Below are positions 40,481 through 49,585 of a stretch of DNA of 64,000 nucleotides, one piece after another. The notes under the pieces were generated by a model that was given only the letters and a program-made list of their open reading frames with translations, did no database searches and had not been told where the DNA came from. Within the stretch, counting starts at the first letter, position 1; the number at the start of each line of letters is the position of its first letter. Location: positions 1,440,001 through 1,504,000 of the forward strand of contig CBDCFN010000016.1 of the NCBI GenBank assembly GCA_965216315.1, read 5' to 3'. This DNA is from a bacterium (GTDB lineage: Bacteria; UBA10199; 2-02-FULL-50-16; JAJFLM01). Both the position numbers and the translations under genes were made by a program.

Positions 40481-41571
40481 TGTGGGTGAAATGTGGGTGC
40501 AAGCACTTTCGCCCGACCCCCATCAATGGCCACTAACTCCGTCTTGCTCGCCACGTGCTCCGGCATCAGGTGCGCGTAGCGTTCCGTCGTTCTCAGGTCG
40601 CGATGCCCGAGCAGTTTCTGCAGATCGTAGAGGCTGCCCCCGCGCATCACGAATTGACTCGCGAAGGTATGGCGCAGATCGTGCCAGCGGATGCGCTGCA
40701 CTTCCGCTTCTTTCATGTCCCGCTCAAAGTGGTCGCGCTTGAAGTTGTACAGATTCAGTGGCCGGTCATTGAAGCCAACGACCAGGCGGCCGTTAGAATC
40801 ATACTTCTGCGCCACGAGAGCGGGCTTGAGAGACGAGTTGATGCCGACGTGACGGATCCGTCGCCCCTTGGTCGTTTCGCGGATCTCGCCGGTCTTCTGG
40901 CTGACGGTCCGTGAGACGATGATCAGGTTCTTGTTTAGATCCACCCGATCCCACTGCAGCGCTGCCAACTCACCCCAACGCAGCCCGGTGTTCAGGGCCA
41001 AGAGGTAGAGCCGGTAGACCCAGTTCTTACGCCGCGCATACTTTTCTCGACAATAGCTGAGAAAAGCATCTGCTTCTTCCACCGACCAATACGTGACGTG
41101 CACTTCATCCAGTGGCAGTTTGCCCGCCAAGGTAACCGGGTTGCGGTCGATGTAGCCAAGTCGCATGTCGTAGGTGAAGATCGGCGAGAGCGTCTCCAAG
41201 ATCCGATTAACCGTGGCCTTGGCACGCCCCTCACAGAGCTTCGAGCGGAGCCGGATGACATCCTCAACGCGGATCCGATCCAAGGGAGTCTCACCAAAGA
41301 ATGGTCTTAAGTGTTTCTCAACAATTCTCTGGTCCCCATGGAAAGAGTCCGGGCTCTTCGTCGGCCGAGAATGCTCGGCCAGCCATCGATCAGCCGCCTC
41401 GGCGAAGTGAATCGCCTGACGCAGCCCTTGGCTCGCCTTGCGGTGCTGCTCGACCAACCAGGTCTGCGCATCCAGCTTACGCGTAAAGCTTTGACTGGAC
41501 CGCTTACCACCATGGCAAAAGACCGCGCGATAGATGGTTCCTTTGTTTCGTTTAATCACCTCGATCGACAT
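40456..41571 (-). CDS. int: Tyrosine recombinase/phage integrase
   Basis: TGLRWGEL, HDLRHTFAS, LLGH, TTERYAH (R-H-R-H-Y intact); RBS AAGGAG before MSIEV. Confidence 0.96.
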   Translation of the reverse strand: MSIEVIKRNKGTIYRAVFCHGGKRSSQSFTRKLDAQTWLVEQHRKASQGLRQAIHFAEAADRWLAEHSRPTKSPDSFHGDQRIVEKHLRPFFGETPLDRIRVEDVIRLRSKLCEGRAKATVNRILETLSPIFTYDMRLGYIDRNPVTLAGKLPLDEVHVTYWSVEEADAFLSYCREKYARRKNWVYRLYLLALNTGLRWGELAALQWDRVDLNKNLIIVSRTVSQKTGEIRETTKGRRIRHVGINSSLKPALVAQKYDSNGRLVVGFNDRPLNLYNFKRDHFERDMKEAEVQRIRWHDLRHTFASQFVMRGGSLYDLQKLLGHRDLRTTERYAHLMPEHVASKTELVAIDGGRAKVLAPTFHPQKKKGLNA

Positions 41572-41782
41572 AAATGCTCCTTTCGTCAATCCAGGAGCGA
41601 ACTTCACGAGGATCAAACCGAATCAGGTTTCCAAGTTTCTTGAATGGAATGCGCCGCTTATACACCCAGTCCCGGAGGGTTCCTTCCGGTACGGAGAGCA
41701 TAAGGGACGCGGTTTTGATGTCCCATAGTCGATTGTCAAAGAGCTGCTGAGCTCCTTGCTCCGTATTATATTCGGGGTTCAT
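41552..41782 (-). CDS. Excisionase-like helix-turn-helix protein
   Basis: LWDIKTASLMLSVPEGTLRDWVYKRRIPFKKLGNLIRFD; overlaps the int start. Confidence 0.88.
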   Translation of the reverse strand: MNPEYNTEQGAQQLFDNRLWDIKTASLMLSVPEGTLRDWVYKRRIPFKKLGNLIRFDPREVRSWIDERSIYVDRGD

Positions 41783-42030
41783 ATGGCAATCGTCCTCTTT
41801 CAGGGACCAGCAATGCGCCTTCAAATTATGGAGCAGGATTTGTGCCAAAATGGGGCGTGAGTTTCTGATGTAATTTCAGAGACTTAAAATTAGTGCTTCT
41901 TGGGGTGGTGGTAAAGTTACCGGTAACTAATGGTGACTTTTGCATAAGTTACCACTTGCTATGCGCTCGAGTGAGACTTCATTGCCTAGGATTCCAGCCA
42001 CTAAATCGGTAAACTCAACAACACCGAAGC

Positions 42031-43044
42031 ATGGAACGCACAACTATAATAATTGCCAATGGACTCGGTATGGCGCTGGATCCTCAATTCTTCGCCATGC
42101 AAAGCGCTTTGGACGCCGTGTGGAATGGCACTCTTATGGACTTACCGGCCAAACAGCTGGTGAGCCAATGTCTCAGCCATGGCAACCCGCATCAAGCTCC
42201 TGCAGGTGAACACGAATTGGGCTTGTTGCATTTCGCCGTACAATCTTGCAATTTTCTTAGAAGTTTAGGCTCCCAATGGTTAACTCCAGATGCTGCCAGG
42301 TTACCGGAAAAGGTTAAGCAGTACATCGACTCAGTTGCGATATATTATCATCAATACGCGCAAAGCTTACCGGGGGAGTTCATAGATAGCCTTTGCGGCT
42401 TTATTCGAGACAATCCGGTTCATATAGGGACTCTTAATTATGACAATTTGCTCTATAACGCGCTTATCACGAAGGGAACCGTAGGGAGATATGATCAGGC
42501 AAGGCTCGTCGATGGTTTCTGGATGCATAGCGGAGGCTTCAAGCCCGATAATCTAGAGCGCCAGTTTGGTAATGATTTTGGTTGGTATATGCACCTCCAT
42601 GGGTCACCTCTTTTCTATGACCACAATTCCTCAATTAATAAGTTTGCCCAGGGAGACACACGGACGGGAGATCTAACATACCCTCGGCATGTGGTTCTAA
42701 CTCATATCGATCACAAGCAATCTGTGATCTTGAATAGCGAGCTATTGAAAACATATTGGTATTATTTGGTGCGTGCTTTATCGGAATCTAAAAGACTGAT
42801 ACTATTTGGCTACTCAGGGCAAGATAAGCATCTAAACCTGACGCTTTCAGGATGGTTCCGTTTCCTCATAGAAAACTTATCTGAGACAGACCTACAAGAT
42901 AAGCTAACTATTGTTGAATGGGATAATGGCGAGGAGAGAGCAGCTGCTGCAAGGGAGGTTTTTTGGCGCCAGAGACTCGAGCTGCCAGGTAATTTTCCGG
43001 TAGATATCCAATTGATGAGCAATATCCTGGCATATCGTTTCTAG
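42031..43044 (+). CDS. SIR2-like domain protein (putative anti-phage NADase)
   Basis: IIIANGL, TLNYDNLL, LVDGF, HLHGS, LFGYSGQD.H. Confidence 0.82.
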   Translation: MERTTIIIANGLGMALDPQFFAMQSALDAVWNGTLMDLPAKQLVSQCLSHGNPHQAPAGEHELGLLHFAVQSCNFLRSLGSQWLTPDAARLPEKVKQYIDSVAIYYHQYAQSLPGEFIDSLCGFIRDNPVHIGTLNYDNLLYNALITKGTVGRYDQARLVDGFWMHSGGFKPDNLERQFGNDFGWYMHLHGSPLFYDHNSSINKFAQGDTRTGDLTYPRHVVLTHIDHKQSVILNSELLKTYWYYLVRALSESKRLILFGYSGQDKHLNLTLSGWFRFLIENLSETDLQDKLTIVEWDNGEERAAAAREVFWRQRLELPGNFPVDIQLMSNILAYRF

Positions 43045-43252
43045 CACCCTAATATCCTATTGCATTCTTACCGACTTAATCGGACTTCCCACTGTTCGAT
43101 CTACTGACTGTCTACTCATTTCAAATTCCCGCCGCTCCCGCAGGCATGACCTTCTTATTCTCCAGCTGCATTCCCCATCCCTCTTCATGCCCATCCCTGC
43201 ACATCTTTATCTCTATATTTCAATTTCACTATCTATCACCACTACCACCGGC

Positions 43253-43471
43253 CCGAAATAGCACCCTCCAGCACCCGCAGCGTCCACTGACCCCAGTCTC
43301 TCTCATACTACCGACAGGTACGTAGAGAGAGTGGGGTCAGAGGTTTCCGGTATTAACCGGAAAAGCGAAGGGTACGATATTATGAGGCTATTTCAGACAC
43401 CGAGTTTCCGGTAACTTTCCGAAACCCGGAAACTTTACCGGAATGTTTGAGAGAACTTTTCGGCCGGAAAT
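43253..43471. repeat. Origin-like module, copy 1 (hairpin plus TTTCCGG iterons)
   Basis: Hairpin TGACCCC..GGGGTCA at 43288-43339; multiple TTTCCGG/CCGGAAA; homologous to 43679-43884. Confidence 0.75.
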
Positions 43472-43678
43472 TATGATCGGTCCTTCTTGTCTCTCATCTG
43501 ACCTGGATTTAATTGCCCAGCCCACTCATCTACCACCTTTGATTCGGCCCCTTGCTACTAACTGTGATCATCATCACAATCACCGCCAGCACCGCCACCA
43601 CCATCACCACAGAATCATCATTTTCTCTTCTTTCTATTTCTTAGTTTTTTAATTCTCTTAACACCACGCACCACCCAT

Positions 43679-43884
43679 CCGAAATTGCACTCCCAGCACC
43701 CGTAGTGTCTCGTGACCCCTATCTCTTGAAGTACTTACAGTACGTAGAGAGAGAGGGGTCAGGAGTGTCCGGCCCCAAGCCGGATAAACGAAGGGTGCGA
43801 TATCATGATGCAATTTCGGATTCCTTAATGTCCGGTACTACTAAGAACCGGACACATGACCGGACATTTTATGAATTGTCCGGT
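43679..43884. repeat. Origin-like module, copy 2 (hairpin plus TGTCCGG iterons)
   Basis: Hairpin at 43713-43761; TGTCCGG at 43766, 43829, 43877; CCGGA(C/T)A at 43780, 43848, 43860. Confidence 0.75.
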
Positions 43885-44223
43885 TTGAGTGCATTCTATT
43901 TCGCGTAAATTGCGCCAGAGGCAATTATCGGAAAATATCATGCAACCTAGCTAGGTAGGCTCACACTGTGCCCATGCACTCCATTTCACGCTAATCCCTT
44001 CTAAGGGGATTAATGGAAAATAGGATACAATACGTGAGTCAGTGATGGACAGTGCTTAAGCGCCTAACGAGATTATCATGCCCGGGATATTTCACAAATT
44101 TCACATTTTTTGTGAAATTGCTGATCTCCTTAGAATCGCTATAGAGCGCAAATCTAGCCCTATTAGACAGCAAATCTGCTCCCCTAAGATAAATCCTCAA
44201 TGATTACAGTAAGATATAACTAG

Positions 44224-44282
44224 CAACTTATCAGCATGTAAACCCGATAAGTATACTTGATACGTAAATCTAATTGGTTTAC
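44224..44282 (+). promoter_or_regulatory. TA promoter region: sigma28-like promoter and palindromic operator
   Basis: CAAC-N15-CCCGATAA (44224-44250); inverted repeat GTAAATCTAATTGGTTTAC (44264-44282). Confidence 0.5.
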
Positions 44283-44293
44283 AGTATAACATA

Positions 44294-44620
44294 ATGATCA
44301 CGGAGATCCGGTTCTCAGCGAAGGCCCAGCGGCAGCTCAAAAAATATAAGCGAAAACGCCAAATTCCGGATCATGCAATCGATAAATTGGACGTCTGGAT
44401 TGAGACCGTTGAGGAGTTCGGAATCAGCCATGCGCAGAAAGTGCCTAAATTTCACGATCACGCTCTCAAAGGAGATTGGCAAGGTTTCCGATCTATTTAC
44501 CTAGATATGACGACGTGGCGCGCAATTTATCAGATTAAGGTTACGACTAACCAGGATGGTGATGAAACCGTCGAAATAGAGTTTGTAGAAGTTGAGGAGG
44601 TGAACCCCCATGAGTACTAA
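44294..44620 (+). CDS. RelE-superfamily toxin (HigB/YafQ-like)
   Basis: FHDHALKGDWQGFRSIYL...WRAIY; toxin-first order with an HTH gene. Confidence 0.85.
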   Translation: MITEIRFSAKAQRQLKKYKRKRQIPDHAIDKLDVWIETVEEFGISHAQKVPKFHDHALKGDWQGFRSIYLDMTTWRAIYQIKVTTNQDGDETVEIEFVEVEEVNPHEY

Positions 44621-45101
44621 GAAAAAAAGCAAAGCTAGAAAGTTCCTAGAAGAACTTCGTGGTCATCCCTTGACCTTTGGCAAGATGATTGAGTCACTTC
44701 GCCTCAGCGATGGACTGACCCAACAAGAACTCGGCAAGCGAATGGGAGTTTCTAGGCAATTCGTCAATAACGTTGAAAAAGGTAAACCTATACGGCCAGC
44801 CCTGGCCGCTAAATTTGCGGTTGTCATGGGCTACTCGATCCCGATGTTCATCACTAAGGCTATCGAAGAAGAGCTAAGTCGAGAAGGAATTCCTCTTGAT
44901 GTGAAACTACCCCCTATTTCTCCCAGTGATGAACGTGAACTGATCACCAGTCTGATTAAATCAGGTGAATTTGAGAAGGCACAGCGGGATATTATTGTAG
45001 AAGCTCTAACCAAATTAAAAGCACCAGCGACCGAGGCAAAACGCTTAGTCCGACGCTATGTCAGTGACGTAAATAGCATTGAGGAGAGTGCGGTTGCTTG
45101 A
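44610..45101 (+). CDS. XRE-family HTH antitoxin (HigA-like) with C-terminal extension
   Basis: LTQQELGKRMGVSRQFVNNVEKG; overlaps the toxin stop. Confidence 0.85.
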   Translation: MSTKKKSKARKFLEELRGHPLTFGKMIESLRLSDGLTQQELGKRMGVSRQFVNNVEKGKPIRPALAAKFAVVMGYSIPMFITKAIEEELSREGIPLDVKLPPISPSDERELITSLIKSGEFEKAQRDIIVEALTKLKAPATEAKRLVRRYVSDVNSIEESAVA

Positions 45102-45121
45102 TAGCAAATAGCTCTCATTCT

Positions 45122-45139
45122 CACCCCATTTTGTGGGTG
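45122..45139 (+). repeat. 18-bp island module-boundary repeat, copy 1
   Basis: CACCCCATTTTGTGGGTG, identical at 47841 and 52077. Confidence 0.9.
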
Positions 45140-45156
45140 CAACTCAACTAACATCT

Positions 45157-45675
45157 TTAAATTTTCCGAGCATCATACGCCCAATGCAGCACGGCCTGTC
45201 GCTGCCGTTTACGACAACTTAGATCGCCGGCGCGACAGTTCTTGCGAATCTGCGTGATGTGGCGCCGGATTGCCTTCCAACGCTTGATCTGCCGCTGATC
45301 TTCTGTCGGTATCCGCCGTCCCATATAGTAGCGACAGTACCACTGAAACCAACCACGCGGATCCTCTGGATAGATCCATCCCTTTTTTCGCCACACGGAG
45401 AGAGGCTGACTTGCGTTGACACCGAAACAGTTAAGCTTGGCATTGCGCTTCTCTGGTGACAGCTTGGCGGTTTTAAACCATTCTTTGGGAAATTCCTGCT
45501 GACAATCGGTCATGTACTTGCCACCAAAGACTCCTAGTTGAAGCATCTGTTTGGGGCTGAGCTCTGGTTTAAATTCCGGATCAAAGTTTTTGCCGATAGG
45601 TTCCGTGAGATAGTAGCGATAGTCCTGCTGCATTTTGTCTCGAACAATCACAAGTTTTTTTCGGGTTCGCGTCAT
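45157..45675 (-). CDS. Conserved basic hypothetical protein
   Basis: Distinctive LGVFGGKY and DPRGWFQWYCRYYMGRR motifs; function unknown to me. Confidence 0.8.
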   Translation of the reverse strand: MTRTRKKLVIVRDKMQQDYRYYLTEPIGKNFDPEFKPELSPKQMLQLGVFGGKYMTDCQQEFPKEWFKTAKLSPEKRNAKLNCFGVNASQPLSVWRKKGWIYPEDPRGWFQWYCRYYMGRRIPTEDQRQIKRWKAIRRHITQIRKNCRAGDLSCRKRQRQAVLHWAYDARKI

Positions 45676-45688
45676 AAGAATAAAGAAA

Positions 45689-46591
45689 TTATTGGATCAA
45701 GGCGAGTTGCAGCGCTTCTTTGTAAGATAGTGGGTGGATAGGAAAGACTTGCAGCGCGCTCGTGTCCTCACAGATAACATCGTTTCTCAGTCCCTCCACC
45801 AAAGGACGTGTGATAGCAGCGGGGATCGGCGTCACGAGGTCAATCCAATAAGACGATAAGCGCGGCGTTAACACCGGTACATGAATCAGTTTGCGTTTCA
45901 GGCCGCGGGCTGCCGCATATTCTTGTATCATCTCTCCATACGTTAAGATTGTGGTGCCCCCGATTTCGAAGGTTTCTCCCGCACTTGCGGGAACATTGAG
46001 AGCCTGCACCAGATAGGCCAGAACATCACGCACTGCGATCGGCTGGACACGCGAGTCCAGCCAACGGGGGCAGATCATCACGGGAAGACGTTCAGTCAGG
46101 TACCGGATAATCTCAAAGGACACACTGCCCGAGCCGACAATAATCGCGGCACGAAATTCGGTCACCGGAATGCCGCTGGCTCGGAGCCAGTCGCCCACCT
46201 CGTGTCGACTGCTTAAATGGGCGGAAAGATCCTGCTGCTTCGAACCCAGTCCTCCCAGATAAATAATACGCTTGACCCCAGCCGCGGCGGCAACTTCGCC
46301 AAAATTTTGAGCTGCCTGACGATCCCGCTCTTCAAATGACGTGCCGCTTGTTGCCAAGGAGTGTATCAAATAATAGGCAACATCGATCCCGCAAAGGGCT
46401 CTTTTCAGTGTCTCTTTATCTAGGGCATCACCCGCCACTATCTCGACATCGGGCCAGTCGAACCCCACTAGCCGCTCAGGCTGCCGGGCCATACAGCGCA
46501 CGTGATGACCCTCTTTGAGTAGGAGGGGAACTAAGCGGCCACCGATATAGCCGGTGGCCCCGGTTACTAAGATCTGCTTCGCTTCAGTCAT
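45689..46591 (-). CDS. Atypical SDR NAD(P)-binding protein, YbjT-like (no C-terminal DUF2867)
   Basis: TGATGYIGG, YYLIHS, HLSSRHEVG, IIVGSGSVSFE, QPIAVRDV. Confidence 0.85.
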   Translation of the reverse strand: MTEAKQILVTGATGYIGGRLVPLLLKEGHHVRCMARQPERLVGFDWPDVEIVAGDALDKETLKRALCGIDVAYYLIHSLATSGTSFEERDRQAAQNFGEVAAAAGVKRIIYLGGLGSKQQDLSAHLSSRHEVGDWLRASGIPVTEFRAAIIVGSGSVSFEIIRYLTERLPVMICPRWLDSRVQPIAVRDVLAYLVQALNVPASAGETFEIGGTTILTYGEMIQEYAAARGLKRKLIHVPVLTPRLSSYWIDLVTPIPAAITRPLVEGLRNDVICEDTSALQVFPIHPLSYKEALQLALIQ

Positions 46592-47583
46592 GAGCGCTCT
46601 GCTCCCCGCCCTTTGCCTGAATCGGTAATCTCCACTAAGTCCAGCGGATAAGGATCAAAGTAAGCCTGCTGGGCGAGGTAGGCCTCCTCAAAACGCTGGA
46701 TCCAAGATTGCAAGATACCGATTGGCTGACTAAGCGGGACCTTGGCCGTTCGGTAGGCTTCAAGTGTCGTTAGAAAGTGCGCACGTTCTCGTGCAGTCAA
46801 CTGTTTGGAGAAATAGCCAAGGCCATGCATCAAGACGTTAATGTGGCTGCTAAAACGGGCCATTTTCACAAAGGCTCGCGCAAGCGCTTCCGCATAGGAT
46901 TCCAGCAAAGCCGTCAGTGGTCTCTGCTCGCTATTGGCAACAATTCGGCCTAAACAACGTAATTCTTTTTGTGAGTAGGCCATAAAGAGCAGCTTATGTT
47001 CTGTATGAAAGTTGACCAATGCCTTCATGCTCGGTCGTTTTTGGAGCTGCCGAAACCGAGCCCTCATATATAGCTTCGTCAAGAAATGTTCGCGGATACG
47101 AAAATTATTTAGACGACCTTCATCTTCCACCGCCAAATGTGAAAAGTGCTTAAGAACTGCCTCCCCAAAGAACCCGGCACTCTTGCCGAGCGATTGCGGT
47201 TCAGTTTCATTACTATATTGCTTCACATCTTTTATACCGCAACTAGGCGAGCGACCTTTCAAAACAAAACCATCGACCTTCTGCAGTGAGTGCAGATAGT
47301 CCGCACTAAACTGCTTCATTAGCTTCGTCAGATCGCGAGACGTGTTAGGTTGCTTCAAGTAGCGTCGCCCCGTCTTGCCGACGACAATTCGGACTGGGTC
47401 GCGAGGAATACCCAAACCGATCTCGACCTCCGGACAAACGGTGATAACATCAATCCGCTCAGCCAACTTGGCGACAAACTGGTCCTGAATACTCTGTGCA
47501 TTATAGCGGCAGGCCTCAAAATTGAGACAACGGCTGACAACAACACGCGGCCTTGGCTGCGATAACGCTTTAGGGGAATCCAT
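46588..47583 (-). CDS. DUF523+DUF1722 protein (YbgA / 2-thiouracil desulfurase family)
   Basis: SRCL...CRYN, VCPEVEIGLGIPR, KGRSPSCG, EDEGRL, FH..HKL. Confidence 0.88.
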   Translation of the reverse strand: MDSPKALSQPRPRVVVSRCLNFEACRYNAQSIQDQFVAKLAERIDVITVCPEVEIGLGIPRDPVRIVVGKTGRRYLKQPNTSRDLTKLMKQFSADYLHSLQKVDGFVLKGRSPSCGIKDVKQYSNETEPQSLGKSAGFFGEAVLKHFSHLAVEDEGRLNNFRIREHFLTKLYMRARFRQLQKRPSMKALVNFHTEHKLLFMAYSQKELRCLGRIVANSEQRPLTALLESYAEALARAFVKMARFSSHINVLMHGLGYFSKQLTARERAHFLTTLEAYRTAKVPLSQPIGILQSWIQRFEEAYLAQQAYFDPYPLDLVEITDSGKGRGAERS

Positions 47584-47746
47584 GTCGATGCAAATATATT
47601 CCAGACACGAGTCGTGAGGCAAACTAAAACGTGGTCTCAAATTGGGCTCGAATCCTCTTGTCGAAGGGTTAACACCCGTGACGGGCTCATGTTGATAGAA
47701 TTCTGTTCTCCACTGTGACTGCCGTTTGAAATGATTGATTTGGTGC

Positions 47747-47820
47747 GCGACTGAAGCAAAAGGATTCGTTCGGCGTTATGTCAGTGAAGAAAATGGCATG
47801 CAGGAACGTGCGATCGCATG
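47747..47820 (+). pseudogene. Remnant 3' end of a second HigA-like antitoxin gene
   Basis: Translates ATEAKGFVRRYVSEENGMQERAIA*, versus ATEAKRLVRRYVSDVNSIEESAVA* in the 44610 protein. Confidence 0.8.
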
Positions 47821-47840
47821 ATAGGAAATGGCTCTCATCC

Positions 47841-47858
47841 CACCCCATTTTGTGGGTG
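47841..47858 (+). repeat. 18-bp island module-boundary repeat, copy 2
   Basis: CACCCCATTTTGTGGGTG. Confidence 0.9.
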
Positions 47859-48146
47859 AACTGAGGGTGACTTATGCTACTACTTTTTTAATTCCAGCAA
47901 CTTTCCATAAAAACAATCGATATTATTAAGGCATATTGCTTGCTTTCTGAGAGAATCACTTGTATTGGAAGGCCAGCTAGTAACGATAATCTCATTCCCC
48001 AAGCGCTATTTTAGAGTGTCCCTTCCGCTGTCTTCGGTTACACCTCAAAAAATGAACACTTGTGAAATAGGCCTCAGCTTTCAAGGTCCGGGGGCAGTTT
48101 ACCGACGGCCCTGAATTCGTGAGGCACCGAAATAGAAGGAATAGAC

Positions 48147-49418
48147 ATGAAAAAGATATCTTTTGGCGAGCTCCAGCTCGTCGAACCCATTACACGTGCC
48201 CTAAGTGCCGATAATTACGTAAATCCTACCCCGATTCAAGCCAAGGCGATCCCTGCCTTGCTGGAAGGCAGGGACCTGATCGGCTGCGCTCAAACCGGCA
48301 CCGGTAAAACCGCAGCCTTTGCATTGCCTATTTTGCAAACAATTAGCATGAACCGTAGCAAGATCGGCGCCCGAAAAACGCGAGTTCTGGTCTTAACACC
48401 AACGCGGGAGCTGGCCGCCCAAGTAGGAGCTAGTTTTAAACGTTACGGGCGGCACCTTAAATTCAAGCACGCACTCGTCTTCGGAGGCGTCGGTCAGAAT
48501 CCGCAGGTCAGAAACCTGAGACGAGGCGTTGATATTCTGGTGGCAACACCGGGCCGACTCCTCGACTTGATGAACCAGGGACATCTCTCATTGAATGAGG
48601 TCGACACCTTTGTTTTAGACGAAGCTGACCGCATGCTGGACATGGGTTTTCTTCCCGATATTAAGAAAGTGATTGCCGAACTACCCCGCCAACGTCAAAC
48701 CGTATTCTTCTCGGCGACCATGGGAAAAGAAATCCTCCGGCTTGCCAACAGCATCCTAATCAATCCTGTCAAGGTGGAGGTAACGCCGCCGGCATCGACA
48801 CCCCAGCGTATTGACGAGCGTGTCCTGTTCGTGGATGACGGAAACAAGCGGGCATTACTCATGGAAATTCTTGATGGCCCGGACGTGGCGCGCACCCTAA
48901 TTTTCACGAGAACCAAACATGGTGCCAACCGCTTAGTCACTCAGTTGGGGAAAAAGGCCGTCAAAGCCCGCGCCCTTCACGGCAATAAATCGCAGTCCGC
49001 GCGGATGGCGGCCTTAAAGGATTTCCATCAAGGTCGTTGCAAAGTTCTAGTTGCCACGGATATTGCGGCCCGGGGAATCGATGTCGCCGGCATCAGTCAT
49101 GTGATCAATTACGACCTTCCAATGGATCCGGAAAACTACGTCCATCGCATCGGCCGTACCGCCCGCTCGGGTGCTACTGGCATCGCAATTTCTTTTTGCG
49201 GTGCGGCTGAACGGAAGTATCTGAAGGACATTCAGCGACTGCTTAACCGCTTAGTACCCGTCGACAAGAATCATTCCTTTCACTCAGTACAAGCCGCCGC
49301 TGCAGATCGCTGGCGTCACGCTACAAGCCAAAATGGTAAGTCAGGGAAAGCTTCTGCAAGTCAAAGGAGAAGGAGACATCAAAGGCATAAGCAGTCACGA
49401 GGGGCCAGGAATCCATAA
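48147..49418 (+). CDS. DEAD-box RNA helicase, RhlE-like
   Basis: PTPIQ, AQTGTGKT, PTRELA, DEAD, SAT, HGNKSQ, ARGID, HRIGRT. Confidence 0.95.
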   Translation: MKKISFGELQLVEPITRALSADNYVNPTPIQAKAIPALLEGRDLIGCAQTGTGKTAAFALPILQTISMNRSKIGARKTRVLVLTPTRELAAQVGASFKRYGRHLKFKHALVFGGVGQNPQVRNLRRGVDILVATPGRLLDLMNQGHLSLNEVDTFVLDEADRMLDMGFLPDIKKVIAELPRQRQTVFFSATMGKEILRLANSILINPVKVEVTPPASTPQRIDERVLFVDDGNKRALLMEILDGPDVARTLIFTRTKHGANRLVTQLGKKAVKARALHGNKSQSARMAALKDFHQGRCKVLVATDIAARGIDVAGISHVINYDLPMDPENYVHRIGRTARSGATGIAISFCGAAERKYLKDIQRLLNRLVPVDKNHSFHSVQAAAADRWRHATSQNGKSGKASASQRRRRHQRHKQSRGARNP

Positions 49419-49585
49419 GTATCTTGCGTCACAAACAACGACCCAGGTAGAGAGTCAAGCTCGTGGTATTGCTCATCAATAGGTCTTTTCCACTCTAGGA
49501 CCGGATCTACTCTGTCGGATATATAGCTTCTGCTATATCTATGAGTACATTTTCATGCTATCTTGATGTTAACGAAAAAATAAAT

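Noticed and set aside
43253..43884. CRISPR array or retron msr-msd
   Set aside because: Only two long degenerate units, with no regular repeat-spacer period and no cas or reverse transcriptase gene in the window
43443..43908. Short ORFs 43443-43652 (His-rich) and 43705-43908
   Set aside because: By-products of the C-rich skew and the repeat; no RBS, and the frame is not preserved between repeat copies
47898..47923. Additional sigma28-like site CAAC-N14-ATCGATAT
   Set aside because: Weaker -10 and over 200 bp from the next start codon; could be chance
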